Position numbers and translations under genes: made by a program
Notes under the pieces: model-generated
Seen by the model: only the letters and a program-made list of their open reading frames with translations
Databases searched by the model: none
What the model was told of the DNA's origin: nothing
Assembly (NCBI GenBank): GCA_963711395.1
Contig: CAVQEA010000006.1
Coordinates: forward strand, 26,647 to 90,646
Reading direction: 5' to 3'
Length of the DNA stretch: 64,000 nucleotides
From: an uncultured delta proteobacterium
Lineage (GTDB): Bacteria > Desulfobacterota > Binatia > JACPRU01
Shown here: positions 29,512 through 39,904 of the stretch, one piece after another
Layout: each line of letters opens with the position of its first letter
How positions within the stretch are numbered: the first letter of the stretch is position 1

Positions 29512-30273
29512 ATGGCTGGAAGGCTCGCCGGCAAATCGGTGCTCATCACCGGAGCAGCTTCGGGAATCGGACGAGCGACGGCGCTGGTTGCGGCACGCGA
29601 AGGGGCTGCTCTCGTGCTCGCGGACGTGTCCGCCGACGCCGGCGAGAGCACCGTCGCAGAGATCCACAAGCAAGGCGGACAAGCCGCGTTCGCGCGCTGC
29701 GACGTGACGCGCCAAGCCGACGTCGACGCCGCGGTCGAAAAGGCGGTGGACCTCTACGGCCGTCTCGACGGCGCCTTCAACAACGCCGGCATCGAGGGCT
29801 CGATCGCGGCCACCGGCGACTATCCCGACGACATGTTCGAGCGCGTGATCCAGGTGAACCTCATCGGCGTCTGGCGATGCCTGCGCGCCGAGCTCGCCCC
29901 CATGCTGAAGCAAGGCAAGGGCGCGATCGTCAACACCGCTTCCGTCGCCGGCCTGGTGGGCGCCAAGGCCATGCCGGCCTACGACGCGAGCAAGCACGGC
30001 GTCGTCGGCCTCACCAAATCGTGCGCGCTCGACTACGCTAAGAAGGGCGTTCGCGTGAACGCCGTCTGCCCCGGGGTGATCCAGACGCCGATGGTCGATC
30101 GGCTCGCCGCCGGCGCCCCGGGCCTGATGCGCGCGCTGCTCGGCATCAACCCGATGGGACGAGTGGGCGCGCCCGAGGAGATCGGCGAAGCCGTCGTCTG
30201 GCTACTCTCCGATTCCTCCTCGTTCGTGACGGGAACGACGCTCGCCGTCGACGGCGGTCTCACCGCTCAGTAG
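29512..30273 (+). CDS. SDR oxidoreductase
   Basis: TGAASGIG, FNNAG, YDASK, VDGG. Confidence 0.93.
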   Translation: MAGRLAGKSVLITGAASGIGRATALVAAREGAALVLADVSADAGESTVAEIHKQGGQAAFARCDVTRQADVDAAVEKAVDLYGRLDGAFNNAGIEGSIAATGDYPDDMFERVIQVNLIGVWRCLRAELAPMLKQGKGAIVNTASVAGLVGAKAMPAYDASKHGVVGLTKSCALDYAKKGVRVNAVCPGVIQTPMVDRLAAGAPGLMRALLGINPMGRVGAPEEIGEAVVWLLSDSSSFVTGTTLAVDGGLTAQ

Positions 30274-30341
30274 CGGGCGCGCGAGGGGCCGACGAAAAGC
30301 CACGTTGCTTTTCCGCGGAGGATCTGAAAAACACCCGCGGG

Positions 30342-30960
30342 ATGATTCGGAAATCGGCAACCCTCGTCGGCGCGCTGGTGCTCGCCATCGGGGCCATTCA
30401 GGTGGGGTGCACCATGGCCGAAGACGGCAAGCCGCAGAACCCGAACAATCCGATCGTGCTGATGTCGACGTCGGCGGGCGACGTGAAGATCGAGCTCTAC
30501 AAGGACAAGGCGCCGGCCACGGTCGAAGAACTTCCTCGCCTACGTGAACGACAAGTTCTACGACGGCACGATCTTCCACCGCGTGATCCCGCACTTCATG
30601 ATCCAGGGCGGCGGCTTCACGCCCGACATGAAGCAGAAGCCGACCAAGGCCGCGATCAAGAACGAAGCCGGCAACGGCCTGAAGAACCAGTTCGGCACGC
30701 TCGCCATGGCCCGCACCAGCGACGTCGACAGCGCCACCGCCCAGTTCTTCATCAACACCAAGGACAACGACTTCCTCGATCACAAGGACGACACGATCGC
30801 AGGGCTACGGCTACTGCCGTCTTCGGCAAGGTGATCGAGGGCTCGAAGGTCGTGCAGAAGATCGAGGCCGTCGAGACCGACCACCAAGGGAACGTACGAG
30901 GACGTTCCCGTCGAGCCGGTGGTCATCAAGTCGATCCGGGTAATCAGCCCGGGCAAGTGA
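30342..30960 (+). CDS. ppiA: Cyclophilin-type peptidyl-prolyl isomerase, exported (frameshifted)
   Basis: [41 protein letters not shown]. Confidence 0.9.
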
Positions 30961-30970
30961 GCGTGGGGCG

Positions 30971-32092
30971 ATGGACTTCGCCCTGACGGCCGCCCAGTCC
31001 GCGCTGCGCGACGAAGTCCGCGCCTTTCTCGACGAGACGCTTCGCCCCGAGGACGCCCGCGACGACGGCTGGATCGTCGGCTTCTCGCGCGAGTTCAGCC
31101 GGGCGCTCGGCGCGCGCGGCTGGATCGGCTACACCTGGCCGAAGCGCTTCGGCGGCGCCGAGGGCTCGTACCTCGAGCGGCTGATCATCACCGAGGAGCT
31201 GCTGCGCGCCGGAGCCCCGGTCGGCGCCCACTGGCTCGCCGACCGGCAGATCGGCCCGGCGCTGCTCGCCTACGGGAGCGAGGAGCAGCGCCAGGAGCTC
31301 TTGCCGCGCATCGCGCGGGGCGAGCTGTTCTTCTGCATCGGCATGAGCGAGCCGAACGCCGGATCCGACCTGGCGTCGCTGCGCACGCGCGCCGTGGCGG
31401 ACGGCGACTTCTACGTCATCGACGGCCACAAGATCTGGACGACCAACGCGCACGAGGCCGAATACTGCTACCTGGTCGCGCGCACGGACCCGCGCGCGGC
31501 CAAGCACAAGGGCATCAGCGAGTTCCTCCTCGACATGAAGTCGCCCGGCATCACCGTGCGGCCGATCGTCGACATGGCGGGCGAGCATCACTTCAACGAG
31601 ATCTTCTTCGAGGGCGTGCGCCTCCACCGCCGCTGGCTGGTCGGCGAGCAGAATCGCGGCTGGTACCAGATCGCCTCGCAGCTCGACTACGAGAGGAGCG
31701 GCATCGAGCGGCTGCTCAGCAACTGGCGGGTGTTCCGCGACACGGTCGCGCGCGCCAAGGAGACGGGCCTCGCCGCGAACCCGTTGTGGCGAGACCGGCT
31801 GGCCTCGATCGAGACCCGGCTGACGATCGGCCGCTGGCTCATCTATCGGGTGGCGTGGCTGCTCACCCAAGGCGTGGTCCCGAACAAGGAGTCCGCGCTC
31901 ACCAAGGCCTTCGCCACCGAGCTCGAGCAAGAGATCGCCGCGCTGGCGGGCCAGATCTTCGGCATGGACGCTCTCCAGGGGCGCTTGGCGCGCGCGCTGA
32001 CCTTCGCTCCCGGCTACACGATCATGGGCGGCACCTCGACGATCCTACGGAACATCATCGCCGTGCGCGGGCTCGGGCTGCCGACCTCCTGA
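30971..32092 (+). CDS. Acyl-CoA dehydrogenase
   Basis: GMSEPNAGSDLA, GHKIWTT, FNEIFF, LDYER, TIMGGTS. Confidence 0.94.
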   Translation: MDFALTAAQSALRDEVRAFLDETLRPEDARDDGWIVGFSREFSRALGARGWIGYTWPKRFGGAEGSYLERLIITEELLRAGAPVGAHWLADRQIGPALLAYGSEEQRQELLPRIARGELFFCIGMSEPNAGSDLASLRTRAVADGDFYVIDGHKIWTTNAHEAEYCYLVARTDPRAAKHKGISEFLLDMKSPGITVRPIVDMAGEHHFNEIFFEGVRLHRRWLVGEQNRGWYQIASQLDYERSGIERLLSNWRVFRDTVARAKETGLAANPLWRDRLASIETRLTIGRWLIYRVAWLLTQGVVPNKESALTKAFATELEQEIAALAGQIFGMDALQGRLARALTFAPGYTIMGGTSTILRNIIAVRGLGLPTS

Positions 32093-32135
32093 GACGGCGG
32101 CGAAGCCGGGGCGCGGTTCGGCTTGGACGGCGACC

Positions 32136-32921
32136 CTATGCTTTGGCGACGGCATCCTCATCCCGCGTAGACGCGGAGGCGGTGCCGTTGGTACGGATCT
32201 CGGCGATGATGTTGGAGCGAAGCCCCCTCAACTGCGGCCGGCGCGTGAGCCGAATCCAGAGCAATTCCAGCACGACGAACGGGCCGAGCAGGAAGATGCT
32301 CGCGGTCGACGACGAATTCAACATCGTGATTCGACAGACGCGGAACCCAGCGCGCTCGGCAAGCTCCTTGGCGGAAGTCTCGGTGTTGATGCGGTAGAAC
32401 GTCGGGTAGACATCCTTGGCAGGCCGTCCCTCGCTGAAAGAGACCACCGCCTCCTTCACGAACTGCGGAAGCCGCTGCGCCACGGCGACCTGCCAGTACT
32501 TCACGTTCGGCGTGTGGAAGATGCACAGTCCAGCGGGGGCGAGAACTCGCCCGATGTCCCGCAGGACGGACATCGGGTCCTCGAGGTGCTCGAATACCAT
32601 GTTGGCGGTGATCAAATCGAAGGACCCGTCGCGAAAGGGTAGCTTCAGCCCGGCGACGCGGTGACGAATCACGTCGTTGGCCTCGAGGCTCCGCACGTCA
32701 GGGTCGATGCCGACCAGAAAGGCGACACGGCGCACCTCGTCGCTCACCGGAATCCAATCCCCCCACAGCTGATGACCACATCCGAGGTCCAACCACCTCG
32801 TAGACGGGCGCAGATGCGCCTTGACGATTCTCGCGTAGACGTTCTGAGAGGACTCGGCGCCCGGCGCGATGCGGCGCTCGAGCGCCCAGTAGATCTGTTC
32901 GAAGAACCGACGCACGCTCAT
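32136..32921 (-). CDS. Class I SAM-dependent methyltransferase
   Basis: WLDLGCG, LPFRDGSFD, VFEHL, FHTPN. Confidence 0.88.
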   Translation of the reverse strand: MSVRRFFEQIYWALERRIAPGAESSQNVYARIVKAHLRPSTRWLDLGCGHQLWGDWIPVSDEVRRVAFLVGIDPDVRSLEANDVIRHRVAGLKLPFRDGSFDLITANMVFEHLEDPMSVLRDIGRVLAPAGLCIFHTPNVKYWQVAVAQRLPQFVKEAVVSFSEGRPAKDVYPTFYRINTETSAKELAERAGFRVCRITMLNSSSTASIFLLGPFVVLELLWIRLTRRPQLRGLRSNIIAEIRTNGTASASTRDEDAVAKA

Positions 32922-33190
32922 GGCCGTAGGGGACGGACTAGGATGGTACACTGGCTCCCCTCGGCTGCCTACCGCCGCGCCGTCGCCAAGAGCGCCGAGG
33001 TTTGCGCGCGCGGCTGCGGCGCCATGAAGCGACGGTATTCGACGCCCCCGGCTAGCAAGAGCCCCCTCCCGGCGCTATTCTCCGGCGTCATGCCGTCGTG
33101 GGCATTCCGGCGCGACACCGATCCACTCGAAGACGATCGCCTACGACGGCCGCCGATCGGTCATGCCGGAGGAACAAAGGAGCCTAAGCC

Positions 33191-34543
33191 GTGGCGAAGC
33201 CACGTCTGCTCATCATCCAGCCAACCTACTATCGTAACGATGACAGCAGCAACGGAGGCAACGGTTCGAGCGCGGCTCTCTACAAGACCCGCTCGCGGAG
33301 CCTCGTCGGGCTGACGCTTCCCTACCTCGCGGCGCTCACTCCCAAGGAGTGGGACGTTCAGCTCGTCGACGAGCAGATCGAGGACGTAGATTTCCGCGCG
33401 AACGTCGACCTCGTCGCGATCACGACCTGGACGCTCAACTCGCAGCGCGCCTACGACATCGCCCGCGGCTTTCGCGATCGCAAGATCCCCGTCATCATGG
33501 GCGGCCCGCACACCTTCTTCCATGCGGAGGAGGCGGCGGAGCACTGCGACGGCGTGGCGGCGGGCGAGGGAGAGGACCTCTGGCCGCGGATGCTCGCGGA
33601 CGCCGCCGCCGGACGACTGAACAAGATCTACCGGTCGCCGCGCTTTCACCCCCTCGGCGGGCTGCCCACGCCTCGCTACGAGCTGATGCGCCTGCCGCGC
33701 CTGCGCCTCTTCAAGACCTTCTCGGTGCAATTCTCGCGAGGCTGTCCGTTCAAGTGCGAGTTCTGCTCGGAGCGCTTCTACATCGGCGAGCAATACCGCT
33801 GCCGGCCGGCGGAGGAAGTCGTCGAGGAGATCCGCGCCATCGGCGCCAAGAACGTGTTCTTCGCCGACAGCATGTTCGCCGGCAAGCGCGCGCGCGCCAT
33901 GGAGCTCATGGAAGCGCTGATCCCGCTGCGGATCCGCTGGTCGACTCTCTGGACGACCTACGTGTGCCGCGACGAGGAGTTCATGGACCTCGCGACGCGC
34001 AGCGGCCTGCTCCACGTCAACATGGGCATGGAGAGCATCAGCCAAGAGACGCTCGCGGCGATGAACAAGCGGTTCAACAAAGTCTGCGACTACGACGAGA
34101 TCCTCTCCTCTCTCCGCAAGCGGGGGATCAGTTATTCCTTGAACTTCGTCTTCGGCTTCGACAGCGAGAACCCCGGCGTCTTTCCCGCCACGCTCGAGTT
34201 CCTCAAGCGCCAGAAGGTGCCCGTCGCCTATTTCTACATCCTGAGCCCCCACAAGGGGACGCCGCTCTACGAGCGCATGAAACGCGAGGGCCGACTCCTC
34301 GATTCGGAGGGGATGCGACGCACGCCGGGCAACGTCTGCGACATCAAGCCGACCTACTGCTCGCCGCAGGAGCTCGAACGGTCGGTGCAAGGCCTCTACG
34401 ACGAATTCTACGCCGTGCCGTCGATCGTGCGGCGCCTGCCGAAGCGGCTCACGAAGGCGAACCTCGCGTCGTGGGTTCTGAACTTCTCCCAGCGGCGCAT
34501 GCGCCAACCCGATCGGCCCGTGCAGCAGCACGAGTGGGCCTGA
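33191..34543 (+). CDS. B12-binding-domain radical SAM protein
   Basis: N-terminal cobalamin-binding-like domain (MGGPH, GEGE) and SRGCPFKCEFC (CxxxCxxC). Confidence 0.93.
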   Translation: MAKPRLLIIQPTYYRNDDSSNGGNGSSAALYKTRSRSLVGLTLPYLAALTPKEWDVQLVDEQIEDVDFRANVDLVAITTWTLNSQRAYDIARGFRDRKIPVIMGGPHTFFHAEEAAEHCDGVAAGEGEDLWPRMLADAAAGRLNKIYRSPRFHPLGGLPTPRYELMRLPRLRLFKTFSVQFSRGCPFKCEFCSERFYIGEQYRCRPAEEVVEEIRAIGAKNVFFADSMFAGKRARAMELMEALIPLRIRWSTLWTTYVCRDEEFMDLATRSGLLHVNMGMESISQETLAAMNKRFNKVCDYDEILSSLRKRGISYSLNFVFGFDSENPGVFPATLEFLKRQKVPVAYFYILSPHKGTPLYERMKREGRLLDSEGMRRTPGNVCDIKPTYCSPQELERSVQGLYDEFYAVPSIVRRLPKRLTKANLASWVLNFSQRRMRQPDRPVQQHEWA

Positions 34544-34564
34544 TCGGCGCCGAAGGGATGATCG

Positions 34565-35026
34565 TCAGTTCGGGGTGTAGCGAATGAGCACCCGGCTGCC
34601 GTCGGCGAACCCCTTGCGGAAGTCCTCCTCCCACTTCCCCCAGCCGTCGGGGTACTTCTTCGCGTAGGTCTCGAGGAGTATCGCCTGCGTCTCGGGCTCG
34701 TTCACGATCGCGCCGGTCGCCGTGAACGACGGACCGTCGGACTTGCCGATCGAGATCTTCGCTTGCGGGCGCCCCCAGCGGATTCTCCGCGCTCGCCACG
34801 TCGTCGGCGCCGAGCCGACGTAGACCGATCCCTTGTGCCAGAGAAACCAGATCTCCGCGGGGCGTGAGAGCGTGCCGTCCTTACGCGTCGACGAGATGTA
34901 GACGAAGGGGCTCGAGGCGAGGAGGTCCTGGAGATTCTTCGGCAGCTCCGCAGCCGCGGCGGGGGAGGCAACGAGAACGACGAAGAGCAAACAGAGGAGC
35001 TTGGTCGAAAGGGCTCGGGTTCGCAT
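34565..35026 (-). CDS. Exported pyridoxamine-5'-phosphate-oxidase-like (split-barrel) protein
   Basis: Signal peptide; ISSTRKDG..RPAEIWF, YAKKY. Confidence 0.7.
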   Translation of the reverse strand: MRTRALSTKLLCLLFVVLVASPAAAAELPKNLQDLLASSPFVYISSTRKDGTLSRPAEIWFLWHKGSVYVGSAPTTWRARRIRWGRPQAKISIGKSDGPSFTATGAIVNEPETQAILLETYAKKYPDGWGKWEEDFRKGFADGSRVLIRYTPN

Positions 35027-35036
35027 GGTGCCTGCT

Positions 35037-36029
35037 TTACGCCCGCCGTCGCGCCAGGGGAAGCGTTTCGGGGTCGAGCTCCCGAGCTTCACGAGCCCCC
35101 GGCAGCGTCTGGCGCGGGCGAATCAGTGACGCCGCGACCGAGCCGCCGATGAGCGCCGCCGTCACGCCGAGGGAGACGGCGATGGGTACGTGGTAGACGG
35201 GCTCGGCCAGCATCTTGCCGCCGACGAAGACGAGCACGAGCGCCAAGCCGACCTTCAGCCGGTGGAATCGCCAGAGCATGTCGGCGAGAGCGAAATACAG
35301 CGCGCGAAGGCCGAGCATGGCGAAGACGTTCGACGTGAAGACGATGAACGGATCGGAAGTCACGGCGAAGATCGCGGGGATCGAGTCGAGCGCGAAGACC
35401 AGGTCGGTCGCCTCGACGGCCAGCAGAACCAAGAACAGCGGTGTGGCGTACCGGCGCCCCGACTCGACGACGAAGAAGCGGGGACCGCGGTAGTCGCTGA
35501 CCGAGGGGACGATTCCACGGAGCAGGCGAAACAGCGGATTGCGCTCCGGACGAGGCTCGCTGCCCTGCTGGACGAGCAGCCGCATGCCCGTCAGCACCAG
35601 CAGCGCCCCGAAGACGTAGGCGAGCCAGTGGAACCGCTGCAGGAGCGCCGTGCCGACGACGATGAGGATCGCGCGCATCGCGAGCGCGCCGACGATCCCC
35701 CAGAGCAGGACCCGATGCTGCAGCGCCGCCGGGACGGCGAAGGACGAGAAGAGGACGGAGAACACGAAGAGGTTGTCGATCGACAAGCTCTTCTCGACGA
35801 CGTAGCCGGTGAGGAACTCGAGCGCGCGCTCGTAGCCGAACCAGAAGTACACCCCGACGTTGAAAAACAGAGCGAGCAGTATCCACAGGGCGCTCCAAAC
35901 CAGGGCTTCGCCGACCCCGACCGCGTGCGCGCGGCGGTGGACCACGCCGAGATCGAGAGCCAACATCGCCAGCACGAACGCGCTGAATCCCGCCCAGAGG
36001 GCGGGAGTGCCGATGCTCTCTATCCCCAA
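35037..36029 (-). CDS. terC: TerC/Alx family metal homeostasis membrane protein
   Basis: VEKSLSIDNLFVF, QHRVLLWGI, EATDLVFALDSIPAI, SNVFAMLGLR; TTG start with AAGGAG RBS. Confidence 0.93.
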   Translation of the reverse strand: MGIESIGTPALWAGFSAFVLAMLALDLGVVHRRAHAVGVGEALVWSALWILLALFFNVGVYFWFGYERALEFLTGYVVEKSLSIDNLFVFSVLFSSFAVPAALQHRVLLWGIVGALAMRAILIVVGTALLQRFHWLAYVFGALLVLTGMRLLVQQGSEPRPERNPLFRLLRGIVPSVSDYRGPRFFVVESGRRYATPLFLVLLAVEATDLVFALDSIPAIFAVTSDPFIVFTSNVFAMLGLRALYFALADMLWRFHRLKVGLALVLVFVGGKMLAEPVYHVPIAVSLGVTAALIGGSVAASLIRPRQTLPGAREARELDPETLPLARRRA

Positions 36030-36301
36030 GAGCGTCGCTCCTTCGCCCGCACTGGCAGGCGAGCGCCGCTCGCGGGGGCTTGCCGCGCCACCGCGACCGA
36101 GAATCGCCTGCGTTCGAACTCCGCGAGGCACGGCCGGTCGTGTTCCGACGTCGCGGAGCAGTGCTCGATGCAAACCCCCGCGCAGGCCCTCTCCCGGGCC
36201 GGATCGTAGTCGTCGCGGAAGAGCTCTGCCGGCGGATCGTAGGGACAGAGCGAGGGGCAATGGATGAACGGCGAGTAGCGAAACCCGTGAAGCCCGCTCA
36301 T
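36020..36301 (-). CDS. Small Cys/His-rich hypothetical protein
   Basis: ATGA overlap with the HPF-like stop and overlap with the terC start; six Cys (CPSLC, CAGVCIEHC, C). Confidence 0.45.
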   Translation of the reverse strand: MSGLHGFRYSPFIHCPSLCPYDPPAELFRDDYDPARERACAGVCIEHCSATSEHDRPCLAEFERRRFSVAVARQAPASGARLPVRAKERRSWG

Positions 36302-36681
36302 CTTTCCTCTCCGTGCTGCATGACCAGCAGCGCGAGCGGCTCGCTTGCCCCGCCCCGATCGTCACCCTCCAGTCTTCTCTCCTGCAGCAAGGCGATCTTG
36401 CGCGCGACCGCCGAACCCGTTCGACCCGCCGCCCGGCCGATCGCAGCGAAGGCGTCGGCGGCATTCTTCGCGACGAACACGGCTCCCGCGGGCCGTAGTC
36501 GCACGGCGATCCGGCAGCGCTTGTCCACACCCCCGCGCGGACCGTTGACGTCCTCGAGCCATACGGTCACCCGATCGATGCGCCTCGCGAAGCGCCGCAG
36601 CGCGAATACGAGGCAGCGCTCCGCGTGGAGGCGCAGCGCGATGCTCACGTCCGTTCCCTGGCCACGTAGTTGCACGTTCAT
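36298..36681 (-). CDS. HPF/RaiA-like (sigma-54 modulation / S30AE) protein
   Basis: FALRRFARRIDRVTVWLEDVNGPRGGVDKRC; GGAGG RBS. Confidence 0.85.
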   Translation of the reverse strand: MNVQLRGQGTDVSIALRLHAERCLVFALRRFARRIDRVTVWLEDVNGPRGGVDKRCRIAVRLRPAGAVFVAKNAADAFAAIGRAAGRTGSAVARKIALLQERRLEGDDRGGASEPLALLVMQHGEER

Positions 36682-36805
36682 TCGAGACCTCCTGCCGGGG
36701 CATCGCTTCGCGCCGGCTCTCTGGGCTGTAGCGTGCGGAGCAATCATCGACAATGAGATAGTTTCGTATCGATTCACCGGTTTTTTCGAGCTATCATCCG
36801 CGGCG

Positions 36806-37705
36806 ATGGAATGGCTCAACTACCACCACCTGCTCTATTTCTGGATGGTCGCCAGGGAGGGCACCGTCGCGCGCGCGAGCGACGAGCTCCGTCTCGCCCC
36901 CCAGACCGTCAGCGGCCAGATTCACCAGCTCGAGCGCACGCTCGGCGAGCGCCTGTTCGCGCGCCGGGGTCGATACCTCGTGCTCACCGAAGTGGGACGC
37001 GTCGTGTTCCGCTACGCCGACGAGATGTTCTCCCTCGGACGGGAGCTGCTGCACACGCTGAAAGGGCGGCCGAGCGATCGGCCGATGCGCCTCGTCATCG
37101 GCGTCGCCGACGTTCTTCCCAAAGCGATCGTCCGGCGGTTGCTCGACCCCGCGACTCGCGCCGGCGCGCCGCTCCGCATCGTGTGCCGGGAAGACAAGTC
37201 GGTCGACGAGTTCGTCGGCGAGCTGGCGGCGCACAAGCTCGACCTCGTGCTCGCCGACGCGCCGGTCGGCCCCGGCGTTGCGGTGCGCGCGTTCAGCCAC
37301 CTGCTCGGCGAGTGCGGCACGACGTTTCTCGGCGCGGCGCGGCTCGCCGCCGCTCTCCGCCGCGGCTTTCCCCGATCCCTCGACGGCGCGCCGCTGCTCC
37401 TGCCGGGCGCCAACTCCACGTCGCGGCGGGTCTTGGACGAGTGGCTGTTCTCTCGCAACCTTCGTCCCACCGTGGTCGGCGAGTTCGATGATTCGGAGCT
37501 GATGAATGCCTTCGGCGAGGACGGAAAAGGCGTCTTCCCCGCGCCGGCGGCCATCGAAGGCGAGATACGCCGGCGCCACCGCGTGCAGGTCGTCGGTCGC
37601 GTCAAAGCGATTCGCCACCGCTTCTACGCCGTCTCGGTCGAGCGCAAGCTCAAGCATCCCGCGGTGATCGCGATCTGCGAGCAGGGGCGGGATCTGTTCG
37701 GTTGA
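36806..37705 (+). CDS. nhaR: NhaR-like LysR transcriptional activator
   Basis: MEWLNYHHLLYFWMVAREG, TVSGQI, FYAVSVERKLKHPAV. Confidence 0.88.
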   Translation: MEWLNYHHLLYFWMVAREGTVARASDELRLAPQTVSGQIHQLERTLGERLFARRGRYLVLTEVGRVVFRYADEMFSLGRELLHTLKGRPSDRPMRLVIGVADVLPKAIVRRLLDPATRAGAPLRIVCREDKSVDEFVGELAAHKLDLVLADAPVGPGVAVRAFSHLLGECGTTFLGAARLAAALRRGFPRSLDGAPLLLPGANSTSRRVLDEWLFSRNLRPTVVGEFDDSELMNAFGEDGKGVFPAPAAIEGEIRRRHRVQVVGRVKAIRHRFYAVSVERKLKHPAVIAICEQGRDLFG

Positions 37706-37730
37706 AGGACGCGGCGGCCCGGCGACCCGC

Positions 37731-38534
37731 TCAGTCGTCGTCCGCCGACGCCGCCGCCGAATCGGGCTTGCGCGGCCCGAAGCACACGCCGCGGCGCGAG
37801 GCGCGGATGAACTCGACGAGCTCGCGCACCTCGGCCGAGGTCGTCGCGTCCACTTCCTCGAGCGCGCGTTTCAAGTTCCGCGAGCGCAAGAACAGCGCCT
37901 TGAAGGCGCCGCGGACGGCGCGAATCGACTCCGCCGAGAAGCCGGCGCGGCGCAGCCCGATCAGGTTGATCGCCCGCACGGTGTGCGTGCCGTCCATGAT
38001 GCAGAACGGTGGCACGTCGCGGCTGGTGCGCGACAGCCCGCGCAAGAGCGCCAGCCGGCCGATGCGCACGAACTGGTGGACGACGCAGTTGCCGGAGACG
38101 AAGCCGCGGTCGCCGAGCTCGACGTAGCCCGACAGCAGCGCGCCGCCGGCGACGATCGTCTCGTTGCCGATCGTGCAGTTGTGGGCGACGTGGCTGTTCT
38201 GCATGAAGTAGTTGCGGTCGCCGATGCGCGTCTCGCTCCCGGGCTTGGTGCCGCGGTGGATCGTCGCGTGCTCGCGGAACACGTTGCCGTCGCCGATGCG
38301 CAGGAACGACTCCGCGCCGGCGAACGCGACGTCCTGCGGCACGTCGCCGATCACCGCCCCGCTATGGATGACGTTGTCGGCCCCGATCTCCGCCCCGCCG
38401 GTGACGACGGCATGCGCTGCGATCCGCGTGCGGGCGCCGATTCGCGCGGGCCCTTCGATCACCACGTAGGGCCCGATCGAGGCGCTCGCATCGATCTCGG
38501 CACGGCGATCGACGACCGCGGTCGGGTGGATCAT
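37731..38534 (-). CDS. lpxA: UDP-N-acetylglucosamine O-acyltransferase
   Basis: IHPTAVVD, hexapeptide repeats, [36 protein letters not shown]. Confidence 0.92.
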   Translation of the reverse strand: MIHPTAVVDRRAEIDASASIGPYVVIEGPARIGARTRIAAHAVVTGGAEIGADNVIHSGAVIGDVPQDVAFAGAESFLRIGDGNVFREHATIHRGTKPGSETRIGDRNYFMQNSHVAHNCTIGNETIVAGGALLSGYVELGDRGFVSGNCVVHQFVRIGRLALLRGLSRTSRDVPPFCIMDGTHTVRAINLIGLRRAGFSAESIRAVRGAFKALFLRSRNLKRALEEVDATTSAEVRELVEFIRASRRGVCFGPRKPDSAAASADDD

Positions 38535-38719
38535 TGGCTCTCGTCGTCGTCCGGCGTCTCGGAGTCCGGCGGTCGCTCGCCCGCGATGCGGTACCTCTCC
38601 GACGCCCAGTTGCCGAGATCGCGCAACTTGCACCGCTCGGAGCAGAACGGACGGTAGGGGTTTCGCTCCCACGCGACCGTCTGCCGGCAGGTCGGACAGC
38701 GGAAATCGCGAGCGGGCAT
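38531..38719 (-). CDS. yacG: DNA gyrase inhibitor YacG
   Basis: CPTC...[22 protein letters not shown]. Confidence 0.93.
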   Translation of the reverse strand: MPARDFRCPTCRQTVAWERNPYRPFCSERCKLRDLGNWASERYRIAGERPPDSETPDDDESQ

Positions 38720-38751
38720 GAGGGGACTGTAACAGCCGAAACGTCCGCCCC

Positions 38752-39904
38752 TCAACGGTCGAGCCGGGCGAGCGCCACGAGGCCGAGCGGAAACGCCCAG
38801 AGTCCGATCGCCGTCAGCCAAGCGAACCAGTGGAGCTTGCCGACCACGCCCAAGGCAAAGAGCACGTAGGCGAACTCGCGGTTGGCCAATGCTTCGAAGA
38901 GCGCCGCCGCGCGCCCGGAAGCACGGCGGCGTACGATCACGAAGTAGACGGCGAGCCAGCACGCGACCACGCCCGCCAGCGCGACGGCGGCGAGCCAGAC
39001 GTAGGGGCCGCCGGGGTCGGCGAAATACGCGCGCAAAGCGACACAGGGGAACAACACCAGGTGCACGAGGTTGTCGCCGATGACGTCGAGCCTCGCCCCC
39101 GAGCGCGATTCCTGGAACTTCAAGCGGGCGATCTCGCCGTCGCAGCCGTCGATGATCGTCGAGACCAGGAACAGCGCGGAGCCGAGGAGGCCGAAGGCAT
39201 ACGTCGAGCGCAGCAGCAGAAGCGAGCCGACGATGCCGAGAGCGATGGAAAAGCAGGTGATCTGGTTCGGCGTGATCGGCCAGCGTGCCAGCCGTCGCGA
39301 AATCGCTTGCGACATCGCCCGATCGACGTAGCGCGCGAAGGCGTTGCCGGTATTGCGCGCCAGGCTTCTGAACAGCGCGTCCTCCGCGCCGGCGACGTCG
39401 GCGGCGGCGACGACGTGCTCGTAGAGCGCGGGCTTCGCGAGCATGCGCCCCGCGTGCGCACGCCGCCGGTCCGGCGCCCAACCGTCGGCGGCGAGCGCCG
39501 CGAGCGCCTCGGCATCGGCGGAGAACGGCCCGTCGGCCGCGGCCGCCGCCGGCTCTCCACGCGACGCGGCGAGGTCGCGCAGGTGCGCCGGCGTCGACGA
39601 TCCAGCGATCCGTGAAGACCACCCAGCGTCCTCCGTCTCGCCGCACGCGATCGAGCCACTGGTCGGGCCCCACGACCTCCCACTGCCGGTCTCCGAGACG
39701 AGGGTCGGCGGCGAGCAAGCCGCGAATGGACGCCTCGGGGCCGGTCGCGACGACCAGCAACCGTTCAAAACCCGCGCGGCACGCGGTGAAGAGCGCGCGG
39801 CGCCACGGCTCCAAACCGCCGATCCGCCAGCCGACGCCCGTACACCAGATCACGATCCGACTGCTCGGCAAGCGTTCAGCGCCGCCGCTGAGATCGAGGG
39901 CCAT
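38752..39904 (-). CDS. CDP-alcohol phosphotransferase with degenerate N-terminal NTP-transferase-like domain (frameshift near 39600)
   Basis: ITPNQIT and the signature [26 protein letters not shown]; N-terminus [20 protein letters not shown]. Confidence 0.88.
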
